64,000 nucleotides of DNA from the human T2T-CHM13v2.0 reference genome, Homo sapiens: the NCBI RefSeq assembly GCF_009914755.1, contig NC_060926.1; one strand, 5' to 3'. The notes under the pieces are model-generated. The model was given only the letters and a program-made list of their open reading frames with translations. It made no database searches and had not been told where the DNA came from. This document shows positions 15,570-31,750 of this stretch, piece after piece; position 1 is the first letter of the stretch, and every line of letters starts with the position of its first letter. The position numbers were made by a program, and so were the translations under genes.

Positions 15570-16340
15570 TGAGATACCATGTGAGGTTTCTTGCTGTCCA
15601 GCCTCCTGTGCAGCTGGAGATGGCCAGGTGCTGCAGTTCTGGCTAGTCAGGTGTAAAGGGAAGTCTGCTGGAACTTCTGGGAAGGAATCTTCTTTCTGGT
15701 AGCCGTCTGTGACCATGATATAACAAGAATAAGGGTAAGGCCGGGTGGGGTGGCTCACGCCCATAATCCCAGCACTTTGGGAGGCCAAGGGCAGGAGGAT
15801 CACTTGAGCCCAGGAGTTCAAGACCAGCCTGGGCAATATAGCAAGACCTCATCTCTACTAAAAATAACTGTTAAAAATTAGCCAGGTGTGGTGGTGTGCA
15901 CCTGTAGTCCCAGCTACTCGGGAGGTTGAGGTGGGAAGCCCAGGAGGTTGGGGCTGCAGTAAGCTATAATCACACCACTGCCCTCCAACCTGGGTGGCAG
16001 AGTGAGACCTTGTCTCAAAAAAAAAAAAAAAAACAACCCAAAAACAAACAAAAAAAGGGGATAGGGTAGGTGACAGAGCGAGAACTTGTCTCAAAAAAAA
16101 AAAACAAACAAAAAACCCCAAAACAAAAATAAGGGATAGGGTAAAAGCCCAACACACTGAGAGGAGTAGAGCAGAGGTCCAGGTGGGGCCTGGGTCCTTG
16201 ATGACACCCCTACCCCCATCCTTGCCATGCTGGGACCACCCAGCTCTAGACATCTGAGGAAAACAGTAAATGGCCTTGTGGTTATTTTGTAACTCTGTAG
16301 ATGCGGGCCAACGGGCCAAAAACCACAGGCCACTAAATCA
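15570..16340 (+). mobile_element. LTR16-like ERVL LTR interrupted by AluJ (15739-16056)
   Basis: CCAGCCTCCTGTGCAGCTGG...GGAAGTCTGCTGG...TTCTGGGAAGG motifs flanking a full AluJ. Confidence 0.6.
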
Positions 16341-16442
16341 CCTAAGGACTAGTTTAAACACAGCTCCCTAAACCTCACCTACTCTATTCAAACTTTATCT
16401 CTGTGGGAGGGGCTTAAGAATCTGCATTTTATACTTCCCAGT

Positions 16443-16877
16443 TGTACTGGTTTCCTATTGTTGCTGTAACAAATTATAACCTTAGTGGGTGAAAATGACA
16501 CAAATTTATTCTCATATAGTTCTGGAGGTCAGAAGTCTAAAAATCAAGGTTTTGAGAGGGCTGCATTCTTCCAGAGGCTTCAGGGGAGGCCCTCCTTCAT
16601 TGTCTTTTCCAGCTTCTAGGGGCTGCCTTGCATTCATTCCTTGGCTCATAACCCCTTCCTGCATCTTCAGAGCACATAATTCCAACCCTTGCTTCTGTCA
16701 TCCCACCTTCTTCTTCTGCATTTGATGCTCCTGCCCCACTCTTATAAGGACCCCTGTAATTACACGGAGCCCAGCCAGATAATGATGATCTCCCCATTTC
16801 AAGAACCTTAATTACATTTGCAAAGTCTCTTTTACCACGTAAAGTAACATACAGGGAGGATTACTCTGACCACCACA
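16443..16877 (-). mobile_element. MLT1C/D solo LTR (ERVL-MaLR)
   Basis: TGT...ACA ends; TTCCTATTGTTGCTGTAACAAA and TTCTGGAGGTCAGAAGTC; 5-bp TSD CCAG(T/C). Confidence 0.85.
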
Positions 16878-17356
16878 CCAGCTGATTGTGGAACCACCGA
16901 AAATCAGATTTAAGCCACTGTTTGTTGGCTTTTCTGTAACCTGCAGGTGAAAGCATCTTAATAAACCACTTACTGGTGATAAAAAACTTTAACCTAGCAG
17001 TTCTCAGTGGGAGCAGAGGTGGGGGATGAGGGGACAGAGAAAAAGGTCTGGGAAAGCTATGCACATTAGAATCATTTGGGATCTTTTTCCAAAATATACG
17101 TACCTGAGTTCTGCCCCAGACCCATGGAATTGGGATACCCTGGTATGTACAGGTGAACAAACTTCCCTGGGAGATTCAGCTGCAATCCCTAGTTAAGATC
17201 TACTGAATAACCTCCAACTATGCCTTAGCTTTCTTATCTGTAAAATATTGAAATATGTCTTGCCTGTCTCTCATGATTTTGTGGAGATCAAGGTAGGCAA
17301 AGTATACACAAGCACTTTGAAATTAATAAAGAGCTACATAAGTATAACTGGTGATT

Positions 17357-17732
<376 letters not shown>

Positions 17733-18006
17733 TTATAAAATAAGCAAAAATAAATCCTTCAACAAAAATAAGATAAAACAAAGCACATATACCAAACCTC
17801 ATACATTAACATGTATTACCTAAGTGCCTATTTAATCTTAAAGATTAAAATATATCTGGCCTTTTTCCCAAACCACAGATTGTAAATGAAAATTTAGAAA
17901 TTTAGAAGGGAGAAAGAATTAAAAGAGGCAAGTGCATGATAGTAGAAAAAAGAAAAAGACAGCTAACAACTAGAATAGAAGGGAGGGACTATAAAAACAT
18001 TGATTT

Positions 18007-18145
18007 GGCTGGGCATGGTGGCTCATGCCTGTAATCCCAGCACTTTGGGAGGCACAGGTGGGTGGACTGCTTGAGCCCAGGGGTTCCAGACCATCCCTGG
18101 GCAACATAGCAAGACCCCATCTCTTTTAATTAAAAACAAAAACCA
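18007..18145 (+). mobile_element. FLAM-C
   Basis: Left monomer; TSD AACA(T/C)TGATT. Confidence 0.87.
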
Positions 18146-19039
18146 ACACTGATTCAATAATTCAAAAAATTTACTGATCTAGGACCATTAAAATAATGGT
18201 AAATAGCACCATGTCCCTTACTAGCTCTACCCTAAAGGAATCTATTTCACAGAATATTTTAGCAATCTAAATGATCCTGAATCATGATGAAAATGTAGCA
18301 TTGCTCAATGCTATCTATGGAAAAAATATAATAATAACATCAACAACAAACATGATATAAAGAAAGATTTTTATTGAACAAGCTTATGTTAAACAAGTTT
18401 AGGTACTTAAAGAGATAAACTTCAGGTGTCTATAAAATTCACATGCACAGAAAGTTGGTATGCTATATAAATAACAAGTCTGTGTAAACAAAGGCATTAT
18501 AAATCTACATATAAATTCTGCTGATGTGAAGGAAGTCCTCACAAATCATAAGAGCTCAATAAATGTGTAAAAAAATAAACAAAAAAATCCCCAAAAAACC
18601 TGTGTTTTTTAGGAGACCAAAATAAACATTATCACCTTCATGGATGAAGAATGGTGACAGATCAGTCCATCTGCTGGCTGTGGATAATTTTAAACTTGGA
18701 TAATTACAGTACTTTAAAAAACTGTATAGCATTTACAGATTATAAAGCACGCTGACATCATCATCTTATTTGTTCCCCATCCCCAAGACCCCAAGCACCA
18801 GCTACTATTCTGTTTTACACCTGAGGAACTGAGCGAGGCTCAGAGAAAACTTTCTCAAGATGACACAACCACCAAGCAGCAAAGCCCAGACTGGAATCTA
18901 TATATCTTCTACTTCAAGATCTGGTTTTCATTTTCTAATTTATATTACTGTAAATATCACTTTACTTAACTGTCTAAAGAAGATTCTTTGCCAAGGCACA
19001 TTTCTAAAAACAAACTCAGATGGAAACAAACTTATGGTG

Positions 19040-19085
19040 ATCTATCTATCTATCTAGCAATCAATCATCTATCTATCATCAATCA
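19040..19085. repeat. Imperfect (TCTA)n/(TCAA)n tetranucleotide repeat
   Basis: Read directly. Confidence 0.8.
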
Positions 19086-19859
19086 AGCAGCATGAACCAG
19101 AAAAACTTTAATATATCTTTTTAGAAATATATTCTATTTTTCCTTCTTAATACACCCACATACAGCCTAAGTTAACTATAAACAGCTTTAGCTTAGAGTG
19201 AAATTTTATGACTGAATTTTAAACACTTAAATAGAAAATGCTAAGATGGTCTTATCTAGTAAACAAGAGCATTAGCTCTAAAAACAAAAAGCTCAAAATG
19301 TACTGATTTCACAAGCATTTGGCTTCTATGTGAAAAACTGCAGGTACTTCAATGGTGTGTTTTATTTGTGTTTCTAGAGTACTACTATGCTTCCATGCTA
19401 ATTCAACCCACGTATGTTGACGACACATGCGGATCCTAAAATGCCATGATTCATCTGAGGCTGCCACAGTTGTGCAGCTTAGGGATGTACCCATCAGATG
19501 TGAGGCTGCATGCATTCACACTTTCTGTCCCTGTCACACACTGCAAATAACTCCAGCAAAGCATAGTCATCCGCCTCTGACTCACCCTCCCACCTGAGGG
19601 AGAGCCTGTGCTATGAGACTGAAGTAAAGGCACCCTTCATCAGAAATCATCTTTTCTATATTAACGGTAAAAAAAAAAAAAAAGAAAAAGAAAAAAGTCT
19701 TCATTATGAGTTTGGCCGCTTTTATACCATTTTATACCATTAGTACCTGTTAGTTCTTTTGCAGAGAAACCAGAGAAGCAAAACAAAGAGTATTTTGAGA
19801 CTACTTAACATGTAACTTAGCAAACTGTGGGCAACATTTTCTGACATGCCTGCAAACAC

Positions 19860-20095
19860 TGACTGTGGAGTCAGACAGTCCTGGGACAGACAGGGTTTCA
19901 ACTTCTAGCTTGACCATGTGTTGGTTGGTTGACTTTCAGCAACTTGCTTAAGCCTCAATTTCCTCATCTGTAAAAAGGGGATAGACCCAGAACCTGCAGT
20001 GTGGTGTTACTGTGAGAATTAAATGAGATAATGTATGTAGAAAGGTTAGTGCAGCCTCTGAAAATGATAAACAACAGTAGCTATTTTTGTTAATA
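19860..20095 (+). mobile_element. MIR (representative; others near 17210-17330, 18730-18920, 40250-40810, 47115-47360, 48790-49010, 56030-56220, 56900-57270, 61740-61985, 63270-63450)
   Basis: MIR core GCCTCAATTTCCTCATCTGTAAAA...GTGAGAATTAAATGAGATAATGTATG. Confidence 0.85.
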
Positions 20096-20712
20096 ATTAT
20101 TTAATAACATAATGCTCATCAAATTCAATACTGTGCTGGTGGTCACTGGCGCTGGATGGAGAGCTCCCTGGTTTGTCCCCAGCAGGCCTCGTCACTGCTG
20201 CCAACTGGGACAAATCTTACAGAGGCGTTGTGGTGCGCACTGTACAGGAGAGATTAGATGAAGCTCCACTCATTTAAGGCATTAGGTCAGACTGGAGTAT
20301 AGGAGAAATATATTTTTATTGAATGAATCTCATCATCTGACTAGCATTCAAAATGTACCTCTGCCACTGCAAATTTAATATAAAACCAATACCCCTGTTT
20401 TTTCTTCATCTAACATTTACCAAATGTCCACTGTGCCAGGCTTTAGGCTAAGCTTAAGAAAAGACTCTCTCACAAATTACTAAGAGTGTTAAACCTCTGG
20501 ATTGTTAATTTTCTGAGATTCCCTCCTCTTGTCCCTTTGCTTTAGTTATATTCTGATGGGAAAACATAATAAAGTCTAGGAAAGACCAGCTACTTTCTTC
20601 AATGGCTTTATAACTCAAGTAACAGGAGGAATCAGCATGCTTCTTCCTACTTTCATTGCTATAACTGGGTTACAGCACTTTTTTTTTTCTACATTAAAAA
20701 ATGCCAGTAATG

Positions 20713-20875
20713 AGCTGGGTGCAGTGGTGCACACCTGTAATCCCAGCTATTTGGGAGGCTGAGGAGGGAGGATCACTTGAGCCCAAGAGTTTGAGAGCAG
20801 CCTGGGCAGCATAGCAAGATCTCATCTCAAAAAACAAACAAACAAACAAACAACAACAACAACAACAAATAAAAC
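20713..20875 (+). mobile_element. FLAM-A-like Alu monomer with (AAAC)/(AAC)n tail
   Basis: Monomer with CCCAGCTA...GAGGCTGAGG and the short left-arm 3' end. Confidence 0.82.
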
Positions 20876-21245
20876 AGGATGGGAGAACTGGGGGAATAGA
20901 TACAGCACGGAGAGTTAATAGAGTGGTTAGTAGTCCATAAGTGGTAAGAGACTGTGGCTTACATTTATAATTTTAAGGTAGAAAAAAATGAATTAAAATA
21001 TCAAATGATTAGCAATTGAAATGGCTTTGGATTTGGTTGGTAATTAATAGTAATAACCACAATGGCATCTTGGACTTCTGCATATAGCGCTTTTCTCCAA
21101 GGATCTCCATATGCTCCTTTACCCCTCCCAGCCACCCTGTGAGGAAGACAGGGCTCCGGCTCTGGCAGGGAGGCAACCTTCTGGACTTTGGACTTGGAAC
21201 CCAATGCTCTTTTCACCACCTTTTTCCCTTTTCACTGTCTTCTCA

Positions 21246-21650
<405 letters not shown>

Positions 21651-24268
21651 TTAAAAGCTGTTCAAGAGAAATACAACCTGAGTCTAATTAGGTTCACCCA
21701 AACTGAGTGTGCTGAACCTAACGACTCTTCATTAACGCAATACTCACCTCTCATCAACGAGGTTTGCTAGCATAGCCCTTGTGAGTAGTGGGTACAGAGA
21801 AACAAAAAAAAGGTCTTAATATTTAGGTCAATGTGGTCAAGTTGTCAGTGCTAGACCCATAAAGGAAGGAAGGGAAAAAAGAAGAGAAAGAGAAGCTTTG
21901 ATTACTATGAAACATTTCTCAAAGATTTAGATGAAGTCAAACCATGGCACCTGAGATGTTATTCCCTGTAATTCAAATGTAAATTCAGAGATGGGTAGCT
22001 CTGCCCCAAGAAAATTCAACTTTCAGAGAGCACGTATGCAATATCTTCAGGCCCAGAATATATTCAAACTTGGTAGGGCATCACATGGCCATTAGTTAAC
22101 ATTATAATTTGCTTTTGAACATAGAGTGTTTCTAATTCAACCAGAGCTTATTTCCAAATCTTTAACCATTCTGTAGACAAAAAAAAAAAAAAAAAAGTAG
22201 CATTACGACATTATTACTAAGCAAAAGACTAAAAATACTAAAATGCAATGGAAACTATTCTTTGAGTACATATACAACTCCCATTGTTATTAAGAGAGCT
22301 GAGCACACACACATTTAGAGGGAAAAGATACTCTGTAATGCTTCAGAGCTACTGTGATGCAGTAGCTTCCTAAAACTAAAGAAGAAAAGCAGAGACTGGT
22401 TAGATTTGCAGTTTTCAAATAGGTACATGTCCAATCAATTATTTATTTTGGGTTAATTTTAGTGAAAAAAAATTACCTCACATGAAATGGTTGCATCACT
22501 GAAGGGTTAGATCATTACACTCTTTTCAGAAAAGCAAAGATAAGTTTAGTAAGTGTAAATAATACACTAAATAAAGGTCCCCTTTCTCAGTTGAGAAAAC
22601 ACGTGAGTTGAAATCAAGTATGGAGAATTCTGGAATCAGTTTCACAATTACTTATGACACCACAAGTAGTGAGAGCAAAAATCCTTTATAGGAACTTTTT
22701 TTTTTAAGTTCACAATTATGTGGTTGGGTACTTATTTACCCACCAATAGCTATGCAGACCATAAGGTCTCAAAAACAAAGAAGTATGCTCTCTCTGTGTT
22801 AAGACTTCTGTCTTTCTTTGGAGAAGAATGGGTGTGGTCGTGGTGGGGGAGGGAGGGCATTTAAGCTGGAAGAGGCTTGTGAAGCCCATCCAAGACTTTC
22901 ATTTTAAGAAAGATAGATAAACAAACAAACATTGGTTCCTTTTATTGAGGAATCTGCCTATCTGCCCGGTTGCAATAGTGAATGAACTTCTTTTACTGTG
23001 GTGTGGGTGTTGGGGGTTGACAAGAGTTTTAATTGTATATTACCAACATGGGTTTAAAACTTTTTTTTTTTTGGTGTTTTAAAACTAACCACCCTTCCCC
23101 TTCAAAAACAGTAAAACTTGTTTCTTCTGGTGAACAAAGACTTGGGCCTTCTAATGGTTTCATGCAAGTTGGTTTTTTAAGACCTGGAAACTGATTGGGT
23201 GACATTTAATCTTCGAGATTAAAATCACTTGGTGAATATTGTATTGTTCCACTGTTCTCACTGTCATTTTGGCATTTGGGGCCTCGCTCTGCTGCTTCTG
23301 CTGGAGCACTTACCAGCTAATGAAACCTAGCCCAGGAGCAGCTGCCTGAATCTATGTCAAACTGCATCTGGCACCCATCTATCTTCCAGTCATCTAAATT
23401 CACCTCGGAAATCATACAAAAGCAGCCACATCAACACACCAGTCTTTGTTTTATCAAGGCTGTAAAGCAATTTTAGACTTTTTTAAAAAAAATCCTATGT
23501 ATTTCAGAGTGGCAGCTTTTGAAAGGATGAGGGAAAGTATTTTCTAAATCCTGAGAATATTGAGACTTTAAAATACCAAGTAAAAATTTGGTAGACCATC
23601 ATTAGCACGGTTTTGGCTGAAACAGTACATTGAGGGGCTTGCCAGTAGAGACACAATACTGCCGACAGATCCCAGACAAGGAGGCGAGTCTGCTTAAAAT
23701 TCTTGAGTTGTCACAGTTATTAAATATGCTGCACCACAAAACCTTCCAGTACTCAAGGTTTTCTCACTATCAGTTCTGTGGAATTATCAGAAATGCTGGT
23801 TTTAGCAAAGAAATTATTTACATGTGCATTCAGGGAACATTCTTTTCAAAAACCATTATATGACAGAGAGAACAGTTTTCCTGAATGAGAGTATACAGAT
23901 AAATAAAATATGTTATTTAAAAGATACACTCTTACTAAAATTGTAAGTAGTTGGATCACTCTGCAGTAGCTGACTTTTCTCCTACCCTTCTTCTGATGAT
24001 GACCTGTATAAGGGGATACCGTTTTCTTTAACTGTGATGGCTAAAGCTTGAGCCTTTAAGAAATGAGTATAACAAACATGTACAAAAGGATCTACAAGGA
24101 AAGCCAAGTCATAGATGATGCCTAAAGCAAACTTAGTTTTCAGGTCAGCAATACGTAAAAGATAGCTTTTCTTTTGCTTATTTGTTGATTTTAATTCTAA
24201 TATATGTTATAAATTTCCCTTGAGATAGTGTTTTACCTGCGTCCTATGCTTTTTTGAAAAAAATTGTG

Positions 24269-24550
<282 letters not shown>

Positions 24551-24551
24551 T

Positions 24552-25117
24552 AATTGTGGCACTTACATTTACCATTCTAACCTTTTTAAAGTGTACAATT
24601 AAGTTCCTTCACAATATTGCACAACCATCACCATTATCCATTTCCAGAACTTTTTCATTGCCCCAAGAAGAAATGGTATACCTATTAAATGATGATTCTC
24701 CATTCTCTACTAGCCTCAGCCTCTGGTAAGGAGGCTAATCTATTCCTCAGCTATTCTATGTTGTCTTTATGAATTTGACTATTTTAGGTACCTGACGTGA
24801 GTAGAATTCTGTTATTTTGTGCATGATTTATTTCACTTAGTTTATTTTCCAGGTTCACACACAGTGTACCCAGTATCAGAATTTCATTCTTTTTTAAGGC
24901 TAATATTCTATTGTATGTACATACCACATGTTGTTTATCCAGTCTCTGTTGATGGACATTTAGGTTGTTTCCACCTTTTGGCTATTGTGAATAATGCTGC
25001 TGTGAACACTGGCATATGATTATCTGAGTTTCTGCTTTCAATTCTTTGGGGTATATACCTAGAAGTGGAATTGCTGGATCATATTGTAATTCTATGCTTA
25101 CCTTTTTGAGGAAGTGA
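24552..25117 (-). mobile_element. L1MB 3' end
   Basis: TTGATGGACATTTAGGTTGTTTCCACCTTTTGGCTATTGTGAATAATGCTGC; CCTAGAAGTGGAATTGCTGGATCATA. Confidence 0.85.
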
Positions 25118-25204
25118 AAAGTAGCTTTTTAAAACAAATCTTTTAAAACATAATTATGTTCTTGTAATGAGCCATACGTTCATTTAATGGCTAAAATTCT
25201 TTCC

Positions 25205-27100
<1,896 letters not shown>

Positions 27101-27317
27101 GGTCAGCAGAGAGTTGCCCTTCATTTGGAGATGTACTGTCAGTTATGGGTGCTTAATATGGCTACATTCAAATGGTTAGCCTCTCTCACCTAAGGCAACC
27201 CACAGATACTTTTCAAACATCTTCTACAAGTCAGCACTGTATCAGCTGCTGAATAAATAAAATACTTTCCCTCAAGGAGTTCACAGTCCAATGGAGTTTT
27301 AAGGAGCTCATAATTTT

Positions 27318-28385
27318 TTAAGTAAACTTTGTTTTTGAGATAACTGTATTTTCATATGCAGTTGGAAGACACAATCCTGAGAGATACTATGTCCCCTTTA
27401 TCCAGTTTCCCCCAAGGGTGCTATCTTGCAAAAGTATGGCACAAGATGTTGCCATTGATAGAGACAAGATACAGAATATTGCCATCAAACAAATCCCTTG
27501 TGTTGCCTTTTTATAGCCATATCCACTTCCCTCCCTTGCACTCCCCACTCCCCACCTTCCTGACCTCCTGGAAACCACTAATCTGTTCACCATTTCTATG
27601 ATTTTTGTCATTTCAAAAATGTTACATACATGGAATCATACAGTCTGAAACTTTTGGGATTGGCTTTTTTTCACTCAGCATAATTCGTCCAGGTTGTAGA
27701 ATGAATCATTAGCCCGTTCCTTTTCGTTGCTGAGTAGTGCTGAAAGTACCATAGTTTGTTTAACTACCTACTCACTGAAGGACATCTGGGTTGTTTACAG
27801 TTTGGGGCTATTACAAATAAAGTTGCTACTAACACTTGTGTATATAGGTTTTTGTAAGAATTTAAGTTTTCGTTTCTCTGGAATAAATGCCCAAGTGTGC
27901 AATTGCTGGGTCGTGTGGTAGCGTCACGCATAGTTTTTAAAGAAACCGCCGAGCTGTTTTTCAGAGTGCCTGCAATATTTTACATTCCCACCAGCAAATG
28001 TGCCTGTGAACTAGATTCTTCATATCCTCATCAGTACTTGGTGTTTTCACTATTTTTTATTTTAGCCTTTCTGAGGTGTGTTTGTATCTTGTGGTTTTAA
28101 AATGCATTTCCCTAATAATGTTGAACATCTTTTTGCACTTGTATATCCTCTTTGGTGAAATGTTTCTTCATGCCTTTTACCCATTTTTAAATTTGATTCT
28201 ATGATTTTTTTACAGTTGAGTTTCCAGTGTTCTTTATATATCTTAGTTGTCAGATACATGGTTTGCAAATATTTTTTCCCCAAGTCTGTAGTTTGTATTT
28301 TCATCCTCTTAACATGGTCTTTCCTAGAGCAAACTTTTAAATTTGACTGTCTAATTTGTCAATTTTTCCTTTTATTGATAGTGCT
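27318..28385 (-). mobile_element. L1MC-family 3' end
   Basis: TGGAAACCACTAATCTGTTC; GAAGGACATCTGGGTTGTTT; TTTTACATTCCCACCAGCAA. Confidence 0.82.
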
Positions 28386-29803
28386 TTACATGTATAATAC
28401 AACTTATTTTACAATGGGACTTCGTCTTAAGCAAATAAAGGTTTGCCAGATACAGAAATGGGAAAGAACATTCAAGAATAATGTATCAGGATTGCAATAC
28501 TACCTAGTATGCCAGTTGGCTTAAAAAGCATGAGAACATGGGAAAATTTTGACAATCCTATACCTACAATAATACTTTCTGTGCAACCAGAAAGTCCTAT
28601 ACTCTTTATAGGATAGGGAGGTGGGGATGGAGAGTAACTGCTCTGTGTCTACAATTTGAAATATTTGGGGATTGGTGAATATAATAAGTACTTTCTTCAA
28701 AAACAAGGAAAAGTACTAGTGCCAAACCCTCTGAGATAATATATAATCCTAGACTCCAAAAATGGAATTCAGAAGGCATTTTCCTACACAAACAATGTGG
28801 TGTTAATTAGATGAAGGTGAAAAGAATGGCAAGCAGAGGGGCCTCTCCTTTATTTGACAGAATCACTTTCATAGAACATTATACATAAATGAAAATTCCA
28901 GAAAACTGATGAAGCTTACCTTCTTTTAGAGTGTCAAAATGTTTTTTCTTTTAACCACAGTGGAAGACTCTGGATCTTGATTACTTAACCTAAATATTTT
29001 ACTATGTGGCAATGTTGTTAAATGGGCAATGCCTCAGGGCCACTAAAGTTCATAGGACTATTTGCCCCTGTATCAGATTCCTCTGAATTGCCAGTTTAAC
29101 TTTTGCCTCAGCCTTTTGTACATCCTTATTTGTTTTGGGGCATTCTGCTCTCAATTTTTGCAGCTGTCAAGATGCCTGCCACTCACTACACTTCCTTTTA
29201 ATCTGTAACGATTTAGGAAGCCCTATAACCAAGCTAATAAGAATTCTGTCTAAATAAGACTAAGAGGCTCTGAACTGGGGACATGATTTTAGTCACCTCT
29301 GGGTAAAATGCATTAATGCATGGCTGTGTGATATCCATTTTGATGTTGTTGACAGCCTTGGGGAGAGACTTCTAGCTTTCCATATATATTCTCCCCTTTC
29401 CTCCACAATAATTAATTTTTAGTTGAGTCCATGACTGCCCAACCAAAGACTAAATTTCCTAGCCTCTTTTGTAGCTGGGTGTGCCCATGTGATTGGCAAA
29501 CAGGATTTGAGCTGAAGTGAGCTAAATTGACAGCTGTCACTTTTGGGTTGTGCCCATCCCCCCTCCCTTTCCAATGGCTGATTTAATGGGTGTTCAGCCA
29601 TCTTGGACAAAGGCAATGCTCCAGGGATGGTGAAGCAAGTGAAGATAGAAAGTTATATGATCATAGTGCTAGTGCATTGTTCCCTAATCTTTCTTTATAT
29701 CTTTGAGTATCACTAATATTTTCGGGAGATACCACAAAATTCTTAGTAAAAAATGAATTCTAAGTTGAAATATATATTATGTAGAACCTTCTGAGAGACA
29801 CGT

Positions 29804-30356
29804 TGTGGTAGGCAGCCTCTGAGATGGCCTCCAGTGATTCCTGCCTCCAGGTATTCACACCCTGGGGAAATTCCCTTTTCCTTGACAGTAGGCTGGCCTA
29901 GCGACTCACTTCTAACAAACAGAGGCAGTAAAGGTCATGATTAGGTTTACAAAAGGACTGTGGCTTCCATCTTCCTTACCCTTTCTTGCTCTCTTGCTTG
30001 CTTGCTCTGGTGAAAGCCAGCTGCCATGCTGTGAGCTACTCTAGACAGAAATTCCTATGATACGGACACCATCCAACAGCCCATGAGGGACTGAGGTCCT
30101 CATTCCAACAGCCTGTAAGGAACTGAATCCTTCCCCCAACCATGTGAGAGAGCCTGGAAGTAAATCTTTCCTTATTTGAGCCTTCATATGCGACTGTGAC
30201 CCTGCCTGACACTGAGACACTGTGGGGCAGAGGCACCCAACTACGCTGCAGCTGGATTTTTGACTCATGGAAAAACTGAGATAATAAATGCTTGTTGTTG
30301 TAAGCTGCTAAATTTGAGGTAATTTGTTATGTAGCAATAAATAGATAACTGATACA
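29804..30356 (+). mobile_element. MLT1F-family solo LTR
   Basis: TGTGGTAGGCAGCCTCTGAGATGGCC start; GAAAGCCAGCTGCCATG; ends GATAACTGATACA. Confidence 0.87.
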
Positions 30357-30400
30357 GACTTACAAAATAGAAATATCAATGATAAGAGGTAATTTTTGAG

Positions 30401-30704
<304 letters not shown>

Positions 30705-31490
30705 GGTAATTTTTAAAGGGCATACATGCATTTCATTTCATGATTTTGCTGCTTTTACACATACTACAATCTTGTAGGTAGTATTTATATGAAAATAAAG
30801 GGAATACATCATTCGGAGTATTAAAATAACTTTGTTTATAGCTACAATTTGAACACTAGCAAAACAGCCTTTGAAAGTACTCAAGTAATTAATTTTGTTT
30901 AAATATTTTAAGGCTAATGATTTCATATCAAAGTAATAATCTACATTATAGCCATAAAGATCTCTTACTCTTTTCCACCAAGATAAAATAGAATCTTGAT
31001 TATAACTCAAGATGAAATTCTATCTGTGAGATTTATAAAATGTTATAAAACTCATGAGGTATCAATAAAAACAAGCAAATTTCTAAATATTCAGATTTGG
31101 AAATGTTTAAGTATTGATAATTTAAATATTCACATCTTGGTAATTCCAACCCTCTAAGTAGACTCTCTGTTGCATAGAGAAATCATTTTTCTTTTGTTTC
31201 CCTTCAGATTTATTTTTTAAAAACTCAAGTACAGTGGAGGAAAATATAACAGATCTATTGAGTTAGAATTCACATACCATACAACTCATCCATTTAAAGT
31301 GTACAACTCAACGGCTTTTAGTATATTCACAGAGTTGTAAAACCAGCTGCATTTTGCACATGGTGTTTTGAGAGGGCAGGATGATAAGAAAGTAGAAAGG
31401 AGGAAATTTTCCATAAATTACCACTCTTTTCAAAGACTAAGGCCTACCTTCCAAAGCTAACCTGCAGGAATTTTTTCAAAGCTTATTCTC

Positions 31491-31750
31491 AGCTGGGTCC
31501 AGTGGCTCACATCTGTAACCCCAGTACTTTGGGAGGCTGAGGCAGGCAGATCTTTTGAGCTCAGGACTTTTAGAGCAACCTGGGCAAGATGGCGAAACCT
31601 CATTTCTACAAAAAATAAAAGAAGGCTGAGGTGGGAGGGTTGCTTGAGCCTGGGAGGCTGCAGTGAGCCAAGAACGCGCCACTGCACTCCAGCCTGGGCA
31701 ACCAAGCGAGACTCTGTCTCAAAAAAAGAAAAAAAAAAAAAAACAAAAAC
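31491..31750 (+). mobile_element. AluJ with internal deletions
   Basis: Both arms partly present; A-tail. Confidence 0.85.

Noticed and set aside
28920-28989. Minus-strand exon-like unit with donor AAG|GTAAGC
   Set aside because: The acceptor lacks a polypyrimidine tract, and isolated donors are expected by chance.
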